Shown: piece by piece, positions 24,864 through 32,000 of the stretch
Numbering within the stretch: the stretch's first letter is position 1
How the letters are laid out: the number at the start of each line of letters is the position of its first letter
DNA from: an uncultured Actinomycetes bacterium
GTDB lineage: Bacteria; Actinomycetota; Actinomycetes; S36-B12; CAIYMF01
Length of the DNA: 32,000 nt
Reading direction: 5' to 3'
Assembly (NCBI GenBank): GCA_963843975.1
Contig: CAWJMG010000001.1
Location: 180,001-212,000, forward strand
Position numbers and translations under genes: made by a program
Notes under the pieces: generated by a model
The model's database searches: none
Seen by the model: only the letters and a program-made list of their open reading frames with translations
Told to the model about the DNA's origin: nothing

Positions 24864-25046
24864 ATGTACTTCACCGACCGCGGCATCGAGGAGCTCGAGA
24901 ACCGGCGCGGCGAGGAGGAGGTCTCCTTCGCCTGGCTCGCCGAGCGCCTGCGCACCTTCGTCGACCTGCACCCCGACTTCGAGATCCCGGTCGAGCGCCT
25001 CGCCGTCTACCTCGCCCGCCTCGACGACGACGACGACCTCGACTGA
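24864..25046 (+). CDS. Small acidic conserved-looking protein (I recall similar MYFTDRGIEELE... proteins annotated DUF6104)
   Basis: Tail of ORF 24660..25046; ATG at 24864, 10 nt after the kgd stop codon. Sequence: MYFTDRGIEELENRRGEEEVSFAWLAERLRTFVDLHPDFEIPVERLAVYLARLDDDDDLD. The family name is from memory only. Confidence 0.6.
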   Translation: MYFTDRGIEELENRRGEEEVSFAWLAERLRTFVDLHPDFEIPVERLAVYLARLDDDDDLD

Positions 25047-25077
25047 GCCCGTCCGGGCGGGGCCGTAGGGTCGCGGG

Positions 25078-26820
25078 GTGACCTCGCCCGCTGCCTCCTT
25101 CGCCGCGGAGCTCGCGGCGTCCGGGGTGGGCAGCGGTACGCCGCTGGCCCTCGCGATCTCACCCGGGCGCGGCCTGGCCGTCGCCCACGCCGGCGGCACG
25201 CACGCGCTCGCCACGGCCGAGCCGGTCGCCGTCGTCGCGGCGGTCGAGGCGCTCAACCCGCGCTGGGTGTGGTGGACGGCCCGCGGTACGGCGTTCCCGC
25301 TCGTCGAGGCCGACGTGCGCCCCCGGGCGTGCTGGGACCTCGGCGCCGTCGGCCGCCTTCTGCACGGTCTCGGTCGCGACGACGAGGGCGCGGTCTGGGC
25401 CGCTGAGCACGGCCTCGACTCCCCCGACCTCGCCGAGGGCGCGCTCACCCTGCTCGACCTCGACGGCGAGTCCGACGACGCCGTCCGCGCGGACGGCCAC
25501 CTCAGCCGCGAGTGGCTGCGCGGCTCGTGGGCCGAGAGCCTCGAGGGCACTCGCCGCTGGGCGGCGCTCGCCCTCGACCTGCACGGCCGTCAGGAGGCCG
25601 CCGTCCGCGCGCTGCCCGACCGCCGTGACACGCCGGGCACGACGCCGCTGCCCTACCTCGTCGCGCTCAGCGAGAGCATGGCCGCGCTGCTGTGCGTCGA
25701 GCTCGAGGTCGACGGCCTCTGCATCGACCGGGTGCTCCTCGAGGAGATGCTCACCGACGTCGTCGGCCCGCGCCCGCGCAGCGAGGCCGAGGAGATCGCC
25801 GCCCGGCGCGAGCGCGACGCACCCGTCTGGGCCGCATTCCCCGGTGAGCCGGTCGACCTGCGCAATCCCGCTGCCGTCCGAGATCTGTTGGCGCGCACGG
25901 GGATCGACGTCCCCGACACCCGCTCCTGGCGGCTCGAGCCGTACGCCGACGCCTCCCCCGGCGTCGCGGCGCTGCTGCAGTGGCGCAAGGCGGAGCGCAT
26001 CGCGACGACGTACGGCTGGCGCTGGGTCGAGAACGACATCGGCGACGACGACCGCCTGCGCGGCGTGTGGGGTGCGGCTGAGGGTGCCGGGCGGATGACG
26101 GCGTCCGCAGGTCTGCACAACCTGCCGGCCGAGCTGCGGCCGGCCGTGCGACCTCGGCCCGGCCGCGTGCTCGTGCGCGCCGACCTCGGCCAGGTCGAGC
26201 CGCGCGTGCTCGCCGCGGTGTCGCACGACCGCGGCCTCGCCGCCGCCGCGCGCGAGGACGACATGTACTCCCCCGTAGCCGCGGCGTTGAAGAGCGACCG
26301 ACCCACCGCGAAGGTCGCCGTCCTCGCCGCGATGTACGGCCAGACGTCCGGCCCCGCCGGCGCGGCGCTCAAGGACATGGACCGCGCCTACGCCACCGCG
26401 ATGGCCTTCCTGCGCGAGGCCGAGGAGAACGGCCGCCGCGGCACCGACCTGCGCACCTACGGCGGGCGCCTGCTGCGGCTCTCGACCCTCGCCGAGCGCC
26501 TGGCCGACGCCGGACCCGAGTCGAACGTCGCGCACGGCTACGGCCGGTTCGCACGCAACGCCGTCGTGCAGGGCGCAGCCGCCGAGCTCTTCAAGGCCTG
26601 GGCCGCCACGGTGCGTGCCGGCATCGTCACCCTCGATGCACGCATCGTGCTGTGCCTGCACGACGAGCTGCTGATCGAGACCTCCGCCGAGCAGGCGGAC
26701 GACGTCGTCGCCGTCGTCGGGCGCTCGCTCGACCAGACCGCGGCGTGGTGGTCGGCGGGCAGCGGCGTCCGCTTCGTGACCGACACGACGATCGCTTCGA
26801 GCTGGGCCGAGGCGAAGTGA
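25078..26820 (+). CDS. Family-A DNA polymerase-like protein (the bifunctional 3'-5' exonuclease/DNA polymerase type; the exonuclease motifs look degenerate)
   Basis: 580 aa with a GTG start. Pol I motif A-like LVRADLGQVEPRVLA, motif B-like RPTAKVAVLAAMYGQTS, motif C-like LCLHDELLIE. No 5'-3' exonuclease domain. Confidence 0.8.
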   Translation: MTSPAASFAAELAASGVGSGTPLALAISPGRGLAVAHAGGTHALATAEPVAVVAAVEALNPRWVWWTARGTAFPLVEADVRPRACWDLGAVGRLLHGLGRDDEGAVWAAEHGLDSPDLAEGALTLLDLDGESDDAVRADGHLSREWLRGSWAESLEGTRRWAALALDLHGRQEAAVRALPDRRDTPGTTPLPYLVALSESMAALLCVELEVDGLCIDRVLLEEMLTDVVGPRPRSEAEEIAARRERDAPVWAAFPGEPVDLRNPAAVRDLLARTGIDVPDTRSWRLEPYADASPGVAALLQWRKAERIATTYGWRWVENDIGDDDRLRGVWGAAEGAGRMTASAGLHNLPAELRPAVRPRPGRVLVRADLGQVEPRVLAAVSHDRGLAAAAREDDMYSPVAAALKSDRPTAKVAVLAAMYGQTSGPAGAALKDMDRAYATAMAFLREAEENGRRGTDLRTYGGRLLRLSTLAERLADAGPESNVAHGYGRFARNAVVQGAAAELFKAWAATVRAGIVTLDARIVLCLHDELLIETSAEQADDVVAVVGRSLDQTAAWWSAGSGVRFVTDTTIASSWAEAK

Positions 26821-26845
26821 GGCGCGCACGCCGCGGCATGGCAGC

Positions 26846-27442
26846 ATGACGCAGGTGGGGCAGGACAGCCGCGCGCAGGTGGGGGGCCCTGGCGCGCTAC
26901 TTGAGGTACGGATCAACGCGCGGGTGCAGCCCGTGCACCGAGGCGACCGCTACGAGGACCCGCTCGCGTTCCTGCTGGAGCGCAGCTTCCCCGGCAGCGC
27001 GGTGACCGGCGGCGGCACGCTCGTGTCCGGCGACGGCGAGCCGCTCACGTGCGCGATCGAGGCCGACGTCGTCGGCGACCACGGCGAGATCGCCGACGCC
27101 GTGATCACTCTGCTCGAGGCGCAGGGGGCGCCGCGAGGGTCGAGCCTCGCGGTCGAGCGCGGCGACGCGCGCTTCTTCGGCTCGACCGAGGGCCTCGCGC
27201 TCTACCTCGACGGCACCGGTCTCGCGCCCGCGGTGTACGCCGAGAACGACGTCAACATCCTGCTCGACCACCTGCACATCGCCCTCGCGGAGGTCGGCAG
27301 CCTGCAGTCGTTCTGGGAGGGCCCGACCGACACGGCGCTCTACCTGTACGGACCGTCCGCCGACGCTATGCGCGAGGCGCTCGCCGACCTGCTCTCCACC
27401 CACCCGCTGGCGGAGAACCACCGGCTCGTCCCGCTCACGTGA
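26846..27442 (+). CDS. Hypothetical protein
   Basis: 198-aa ORF with normal high-GC coding character (acidic, not Arg/Pro-rich junk). I recognise no motif. Its 3' end overlaps the convergent gene by 8 bp. Confidence 0.55.
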   Translation: MTQVGQDSRAQVGGPGALLEVRINARVQPVHRGDRYEDPLAFLLERSFPGSAVTGGGTLVSGDGEPLTCAIEADVVGDHGEIADAVITLLEAQGAPRGSSLAVERGDARFFGSTEGLALYLDGTGLAPAVYAENDVNILLDHLHIALAEVGSLQSFWEGPTDTALYLYGPSADAMREALADLLSTHPLAENHRLVPLT

Positions 27443-28265
27443 GCGCGAACCACCGGGCCAGCGCGGCCGACGTACGGAAGCCTCCGCACACGAGGTCGTA
27501 GTCGTACTGGTCGTCCCACCACTGGGCGAGCACCGCGCGCCCGCCCTGGAACGACTGCGACGGCGCGCAGCGGTTCCACGCGACGTCGGCCCCGCGCGCG
27601 CCGGCCGAGCGCCACTCCGGGTAGCCCGTCGGACCGCCGGTGCCGATGATCGAGCCCCACATGTACGGGCTCGAGTAGAAGCCGACGCGGTAGCCGGCGG
27701 CGCGGTACTCACGCACGACGCCGCGCAGGAACGCGCGGTTCATCTGCTGCGACGTCGTCCAGTCCCACGGCGGGTAGTGCTCGACGTCGATCCACACGAT
27801 CGGCGTGCGGAAGCCGATCGAGCGCATGGTCCACACGTTGAAGCGCGCCTCGGCCACGCCCGCGTTCGACAGCCGACCGAGCAGCGTGGTCGTGGCATAC
27901 GGGCCGGAGCCGCCGTACTGGTGCAGCTGATCCTTGGTCGGGAACGTCGTCATCGCGTACGCCGCCACGCGGATGCCGTGGGCGCGCACGGACGCGAGGT
28001 GCGTCTCGATGCACGGGTTGCGGTGGAAGCCCGGCCCGTTGGTGAGGCCGATGACCGTGAACCCGGTCGTGGTCGGCGGCATCGGCTTGCCGAGGCCCAT
28101 GCGACCCGGGATGCCGACGTCGGTGGGGCACTCCGGCCACGAGATGTCGTAGCCGCGGTAGGGGTTGTCGGTGGCCGCTCGCGCGGTCGAGGCCGGGCCG
28201 AGCAGCGCGACGCCGACGGCGAGCAGCAGCGCGGTGACGGCCGACGTCGTCCTGCGCAGTCTCAT
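27435..28265 (-). CDS. Secreted glycoside-hydrolase-fold protein (GH25-like or Rv2525c/DUF1906-like)
   Basis: Inside ORF 27435..28406; ATG at 28265. Signal peptide MRLRRTTSAVTALLLAVGVALLGPASTARA. Mature start ATDNPYRGYDISWPEC, then FTVIGLTNG...NPC...VAAY...VWIDVE, resembling GH25/DUF1906 TIM-barrel families as I remember them. Confidence 0.6.
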   Translation of the reverse strand: MRLRRTTSAVTALLLAVGVALLGPASTARAATDNPYRGYDISWPECPTDVGIPGRMGLGKPMPPTTTGFTVIGLTNGPGFHRNPCIETHLASVRAHGIRVAAYAMTTFPTKDQLHQYGGSGPYATTTLLGRLSNAGVAEARFNVWTMRSIGFRTPIVWIDVEHYPPWDWTTSQQMNRAFLRGVVREYRAAGYRVGFYSSPYMWGSIIGTGGPTGYPEWRSAGARGADVAWNRCAPSQSFQGGRAVLAQWWDDQYDYDLVCGGFRTSAALARWFALT

Positions 28266-28400
28266 GGCCACGAACCTCACGCTAGGCGAGCGCTGCGTCG
28301 GGTGTCGCGACGGCATCCGCCAGGCGAGTCGCATCGCCGAGCTGACGGCTGCGTTTGCCTGCGACTGAACACTTCTCGGCGATTCGTCATGTGGAAACCT

Positions 28401-28429
28401 TTGCACGTTTCGAACATGTGTTCTATTCT
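28401..28429 (+). promoter_or_regulatory. Near-consensus sigma-70-type promoter (TTGCAC-17 nt-TATTCT) for the HNH/DUF222 gene; spacing predicts a leaderless mRNA
   Basis: Read directly: -35 at 28401-28406 and -10 at 28424-28429. The ATG at 28436 begins 7 nt after the -10 hexamer, and there is no SD sequence. Confidence 0.55.
28410..28425. promoter_or_regulatory. LexA SOS box (Cheo-box type): TCGAACATGTGTTCTA
   Basis: Matches GAAC-N4-GTTC and 14/16 positions of the mycobacterial consensus TCGAAC-N4-GTTCGA. It sits in the promoter spacer and overlaps the -10 by 2 nt. Confidence 0.7.
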
Positions 28430-28435
28430 TGCCCC

Positions 28436-30037
28436 ATGTCCTTCACCTCCTCCACCGACGTGCCGGGCGCTGGCGCGTCCGCGGTGGAGGTGCTCCTCGC
28501 CGGCCTGCTGGCAGAGGTCGAGACGGGGATCCTCCAGGGCCTGGAGTCCGACTACGCCCACCCCTCCGCGCAGCCGTCCGCCGAGCCGACGCGGGAGCCG
28601 GCGCGCCAGCCCGACGAGCGGGCACAGCACCTGGCCGCCCAGCGCACCGCCCGTGCTGCCGCGGCTCGCGCTGAGCTCGAGGCGCGGTTCGCCCCTGGTG
28701 GTGACGCGGCGGCGTTGTGGGCGCTTGCCCAGGGTGACGACGCCGCCCGCGACGCCGTGCTGCTGCAGTCCGCGCCCGAGCTTCTCGCCGGCCTCGCCGC
28801 GGCGGATCGTGAGCTGCACCGTGCCGCAGGGCGGCGCTTCGCCACCGTCGCCGCCCTCGCCGGCCCGGTCCCGACCTCGGGCCGATCCGGGTCCGAGCGC
28901 GACCGGCACCTCGCCCACGAGATCGGCATCGCCGTCGGCATCTCCAAGGACGCCGCCCAGCACCTCATCCGCCAAGCCCAGGCGCTGTTCGGGGAGTACG
29001 CCCCGTTCGGGCACGCTCTGCTCGACGGGACCGTCTCGGAGTGGCATGCCCGCACGCTGATCGAGCAGACGGCCAACCTCACCGACACCCCCGCCCGCGA
29101 AGCGATCGGGCACCTCGCGCTCCCCTACGCGCAGACCCTGGTCGTGGCGGAGTTCCGCCGCGAGCTCCAAGCCCTCATCGAGTCGTTGGACCCTGAGGCG
29201 GTGCGCCGCCACGAGCAGGCGCACGCCGAGCGGGGCGTCTACGCCCGGCGCGGCAAGGACGGCATGTCGTTCCTCGGGCTCACCCACGACACCCCGGTCG
29301 TCGACGCGATCATGGCCGCTCTCGTCCAGGACGGGCAGGCCATCGTCGATCAGCGGGAGCGGGACAACGACCAAGCGGCTGCCCAGAACGTCGAGCCGGT
29401 CTGGGACGACGCAGACCTGCGGGCCGAAGCCGCCCGCGCCGATGCCCTCATGGCGCGGGTGCTGGGCACGGTCACCCCCGACGGCGAGGTGTCGTTCGAC
29501 CGGGCCGCCGCCACGGTCATCACCACCGAGATCGTCATGGACCACGCCACCGCCGCCGGCCTCGCCGACCGGGTCGCGCTCATCAACGGCCAGCCCGCCC
29601 CGGCCCGCGTCGCCCGCGAGCACGCAGCATGGTCCACGTTCGTGCGCCGCGTCGTCGTCGACGACGTCGACGGGTGGGTCAAGGACTACGGCGACACGGT
29701 CCGCGTCCCACCAGCCCTGCGCCGGCACTGCTTCGCCCGCGACGGCGGCTGCCGGTCACCCGGCTGCACCCGCAGGGCACTGCGGTTCCTGCAGCTCGAC
29801 CACGCCGAGGAGCATCCGCACGGCCGGACCAATGCCGGCAACTGGGGCGCCCTGTGCGTGGAGTGCCATCAGCGCAAGACCGCCGGCCTCCTCGACATCA
29901 CCGACTCGATGCCCGACGGATCCGCCACCTTCCACACCGCCTACGGACAGACGGTGCTCATCCCCGCACGCCCCTACCTCCCCCGACCACCCGCCGTCAC
30001 CGCACTCGCCGTCGAGATCGACCAGCCCCCGTTCTAA
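28436..30037 (+). CDS. DUF222 / HNH endonuclease protein (13E12-repeat-family type)
   Basis: Inside ORF 28355..30037; ATG at 28436. The long alpha-helical N-terminal region is typical of DUF222. C-terminal HNH: CRSPGCTRRALRFLQLDHAEEHPHGRTNAGNWGALCVECHQRKT. Confidence 0.85.
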   Translation: MSFTSSTDVPGAGASAVEVLLAGLLAEVETGILQGLESDYAHPSAQPSAEPTREPARQPDERAQHLAAQRTARAAAARAELEARFAPGGDAAALWALAQGDDAARDAVLLQSAPELLAGLAAADRELHRAAGRRFATVAALAGPVPTSGRSGSERDRHLAHEIGIAVGISKDAAQHLIRQAQALFGEYAPFGHALLDGTVSEWHARTLIEQTANLTDTPAREAIGHLALPYAQTLVVAEFRRELQALIESLDPEAVRRHEQAHAERGVYARRGKDGMSFLGLTHDTPVVDAIMAALVQDGQAIVDQRERDNDQAAAQNVEPVWDDADLRAEAARADALMARVLGTVTPDGEVSFDRAAATVITTEIVMDHATAAGLADRVALINGQPAPARVAREHAAWSTFVRRVVVDDVDGWVKDYGDTVRVPPALRRHCFARDGGCRSPGCTRRALRFLQLDHAEEHPHGRTNAGNWGALCVECHQRKTAGLLDITDSMPDGSATFHTAYGQTVLIPARPYLPRPPAVTALAVEIDQPPF

Positions 30038-30057
30038 CGGGCACGCGGGGGAAGGTC

Positions 30058-30306
30058 GTGCGACCCAACTCAGGCTCGCGAATCCCGGTCGACGTCTTCG
30101 ATCAACTCACGCAACTTGTCGACCCCTCTCGCTGCCGGTTCATTGCGGCACACGCGGCCGAACGGAAGCCGAGCGCACAGACGCCGGTATCCGCTCCGTC
30201 CACCTCAGCAGTCGATGAGCTGAGAAAGCTCGCAGAGCTGCGAAGGGACGGGCTCATCTCCCAGGCGGAGTTCGACGAGATGAAGGCTCACATAACCGGG
30301 AAATAG
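30058..30306 (+). CDS. Small protein with a C-terminal SHOCT-like motif (uncertain gene)
   Basis: Tail of ORF 29629..30306. Candidate GTG at 30058 follows GGGGGAAGG. The C-terminus AVDELRKLAELRRDGLISQAEFDEMKAHI matches the SHOCT pattern. The region is lower in GC, and the N-terminal part is featureless. Confidence 0.4.
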   Translation: MRPNSGSRIPVDVFDQLTQLVDPSRCRFIAAHAAERKPSAQTPVSAPSTSAVDELRKLAELRRDGLISQAEFDEMKAHITGK

Positions 30307-30322
30307 TCTCTCCCCACCGCCG

Positions 30323-30346
30323 GTCGCCGCCTACTGCGTAGGCGAC
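30323..30346. terminator. Hairpin between convergent genes (gtcgcc gcctac tgc gtaggc ggcgac-like; core cgcctac-tgc-gtaggcg)
   Basis: Read directly. It lies 17 nt after the SHOCT ORF stop codon and 28 nt before the stop codon of the convergent oxidoreductase. Confidence 0.4.
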
Positions 30347-30373
30347 GTCCTACGTGACGAGCCCGTGACGCGA

Positions 30374-31345
30374 TCAACCAGTCGTGAGGACGATCTTGCC
30401 GACGACGTCGCCGGAGGCAAGGCGCTCGAACGCCGAACGCGCGTCGCGCAGGTCGAACACAGCGTCGATGGTCGGGCGCAGGCCGGTCTCGACGAGCAGG
30501 GCCACGAGCGCCTCGAGCTCCTCGCGGGTGCCCATGGTCGAGCCGACGACGTTGAGCTGCAGGAAGAAGACGCGGGCGAGGTCGGCCGGCGGGTTGGGGC
30601 CGCTGGTCGAGCCCGAGACGACGATCGTGCCGCCGGGGCGGAGCGCGCGCAGCGAGTGCGCCCACGTGGCCTCGCCGACGGTCTCGATCACGGCGTCGAC
30701 GCGCTCAGGAAGACGAGCGCCGCTCTCGAACGCCTCGTCGGCGCCGAGCTCCACCGCGCGCACCCGCTTGGCCTCGTCGCGGCTCGTCGCCCAGACGCGG
30801 TAGCCGAGCGCCTTGCCCAGCGTGATCGCCGCCGTCGCGACGCCGCCGCCCGCGCCCTGCACGAGCACGGTGTCGCCAGGCTTCAACCCGGACTTCGTCA
30901 CGAGCATGCGGTACGCCGTCAGCCACGCGGTCGGGAGGCACGCGGCCTCCTCGAACGTGAGCGCGTCGGGCTTCGGCACGACGTTGCGCGCGGGCACGGC
31001 CACGGTCTCCGCGAGCGTGCCAGGGTGCTTCTCCGACAGCAGCGACCGCTTCGGGTCGAGCGTCTCGTCGCCGCCGCCCGCGGCCGGGTCGCCGATCACC
31101 TCGTGCACGATGACGGGTGTCCCGTCGTCGAGCACACCGGCCGCATCGCCGCCGAGGATCATCGGCAGCTGCTCCTCGCGCAGGCCGACGCCCTTGAGGC
31201 TCCACAGGTCGTGGTGGTTGAGGCTCGCCGCGCGCACGTGCACGCGCACCCAGCCCTCGGGCACGACGGTGTCGGGCACCTCGCCGAGGGTGAGGCCCGA
31301 CAGCGGGTCGGAGGAGCTGAAGGAGGTGGCGGTGACGGCGAACAT
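30374..31345 (-). CDS. Medium-chain dehydrogenase/reductase, quinone-oxidoreductase-like
   Basis: Inside ORF 30374..31462; ATG at 31345 (MFAVTATSF...). VRVHVRAASLNHHDLW, cofactor loop VLVQGAGGGVATAAI, C-terminus GKIVLT. Confidence 0.85.
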   Translation of the reverse strand: MFAVTATSFSSSDPLSGLTLGEVPDTVVPEGWVRVHVRAASLNHHDLWSLKGVGLREEQLPMILGGDAAGVLDDGTPVIVHEVIGDPAAGGGDETLDPKRSLLSEKHPGTLAETVAVPARNVVPKPDALTFEEAACLPTAWLTAYRMLVTKSGLKPGDTVLVQGAGGGVATAAITLGKALGYRVWATSRDEAKRVRAVELGADEAFESGARLPERVDAVIETVGEATWAHSLRALRPGGTIVVSGSTSGPNPPADLARVFFLQLNVVGSTMGTREELEALVALLVETGLRPTIDAVFDLRDARSAFERLASGDVVGKIVLTTG

Positions 31346-31405
31346 GGGCCGAACGTACCCGCCCCGCTCCCCGCGCGCGCCGCAGGCGTGGGGCATCCTC
31401 TCCCC

Positions 31406-31759
31406 ATGAGCGAGCAGCCCAGCAGCAGCGACCCGACGACTGACGACGCCGGGCGACCTCAACCGCGTCGCGGGCGGGCGAAGGTCGTCGTGCTCCTCGG
31501 CGGCTTCGTCGGCACGCTCGGCGGACTGGTGTCGATCGCGCTCGTCGTGAGCTTCGCCTTCTCCGGCAGCTCGAGCTGGGGCCTGGCCTCGCTGCTCGCG
31601 CTGATCCTCAGCGTGGTCGGCGGCGGGATCGTCGCCTCGCTCGGCTTCCGCGGGCTCGGCGTACGCCCCGGCGTGCGGTCGGCGCTGCTCGGCGCGTTCA
31701 CCGGTGCCCTCGGGTTCCTCGGCCCCTGGCTGACCGCCGCCCTCCTCGCGCGCTTCTGA
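31406..31759 (+). CDS. Small integral membrane protein, hypothetical
   Basis: Tail of ORF 30365..31759; ATG at 31406. 117 aa with a polar N-terminus followed by 3-4 Gly/Leu-rich hydrophobic segments. Confidence 0.55.
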   Translation: MSEQPSSSDPTTDDAGRPQPRRGRAKVVVLLGGFVGTLGGLVSIALVVSFAFSGSSSWGLASLLALILSVVGGGIVASLGFRGLGVRPGVRSALLGAFTGALGFLGPWLTAALLARF

Positions 31760-31765
31760 TCGAGG

Positions 31766-32000
31766 TCAGGTGCGCTCGAAGCGGTAGTGCGTGACGGCGT
31801 CCGACGCCTCGTGCTCGACGACGGTGTAGCCGCTGGGCCAGCCGCCAGACGGGTCCCACAAGCGCTCCCCCGCGCCGAGGGTCACCGGCGCCACGGCCAC
31901 GTGGAGCTCGTCGACGATCCCGGCCGCGAGCGCCGCACGGATGGTCGCGGCACCGCCGCCGATGCGCACGTCCTGGCCGCCTGCGGCGTCGGTGGCCCGG
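31766..32000 (-). CDS. Dihydrofolate-reductase-family (RibD C-terminal domain) protein, N-terminus off the window
   Basis: The frame stays open to the window edge (...RATDAAGGQDVRIGGGAATIRAALAAGIVDELHVAVAPVTLGAGERLWD...THYRFERT). GGG..l....GlvDEl.l...Pv.lG.G..l is the RibD_C/DHFR-family pattern. Confidence 0.75.
   Translation of the reverse strand, partial: RATDAAGGQDVRIGGGAATIRAALAAGIVDELHVAVAPVTLGAGERLWDPSGGWPSGYTVVEHEASDAVTHYRFERT

Noticed and set aside
21140-25068. 1271-aa antisense ORF (21140..24955) and 1263-aa alternative-frame ORF (21277..25068) over kgd
   Set aside because: Both are low-complexity Arg/Gly/Pro/Asp strings. The kgd frame carries unmistakable E1o/E2o motifs, so these are shadows.
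1-32000. CRISPR arrays, tRNA, rRNA, tmRNA
   Set aside because: No regularly spaced repeats and no cloverleaf-like or rRNA-like segments were seen in the few intergenic gaps. Nearly all sequence is accounted for by protein-coding genes.

Overview
High-GC actinobacterial chromosomal segment. Gene content resembles Micrococcales or Cellulomonas-like organisms, but I cannot prove this without searches. I call about 27 protein-coding genes and see no rRNA, tRNA or CRISPR. All product calls rest on motif recognition by eye in the supplied translations and in my own reverse-strand reads; no database was consulted. Left to right: a divergent LysR/MFS pair; an ECF sigma factor GTGA-coupled to a membrane protein with a META-like ectodomain; a GH16 lipoprotein; and a translationally coupled minus-strand operon of GT2 synthase, AT3-SGNH O-acyltransferase and a second GT2 synthase (a candidate acylated beta-glucan exopolysaccharide system). 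Next come a coupled DmpA-like/CocE-NonD hydrolase pair, divergent from an HDAC-family deacetylase and a Pat-type GNAT. A 1.9-kb lower-GC single-gene insertion follows. After it: a 6-TM Kv channel, an ABC-2 transporter pair, an SDR, kgd (E1o/E2o fusion), a small acidic protein, a family-A DNA polymerase-like gene, a hypothetical, a GH25/DUF1906-like secreted protein, a LexA-box-controlled DUF222/HNH (13E12-type) gene with a small SHOCT ORF, an MDR oxidoreductase, a small membrane protein and a truncated DHFR-family gene. The most unusual object is the insertion at 15448..17416. It is bracketed by 25-bp direct repeats (23/25 identical) that duplicate the last codons of the GNAT gene. It carries no recombinase. 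It encodes one 627-aa protein whose N-terminal ~230 aa read like a proteasome-beta/HslV-type Ntn-hydrolase fold fused to ~350 aa of TPR repeats. I cannot match that architecture to any described system from memory.
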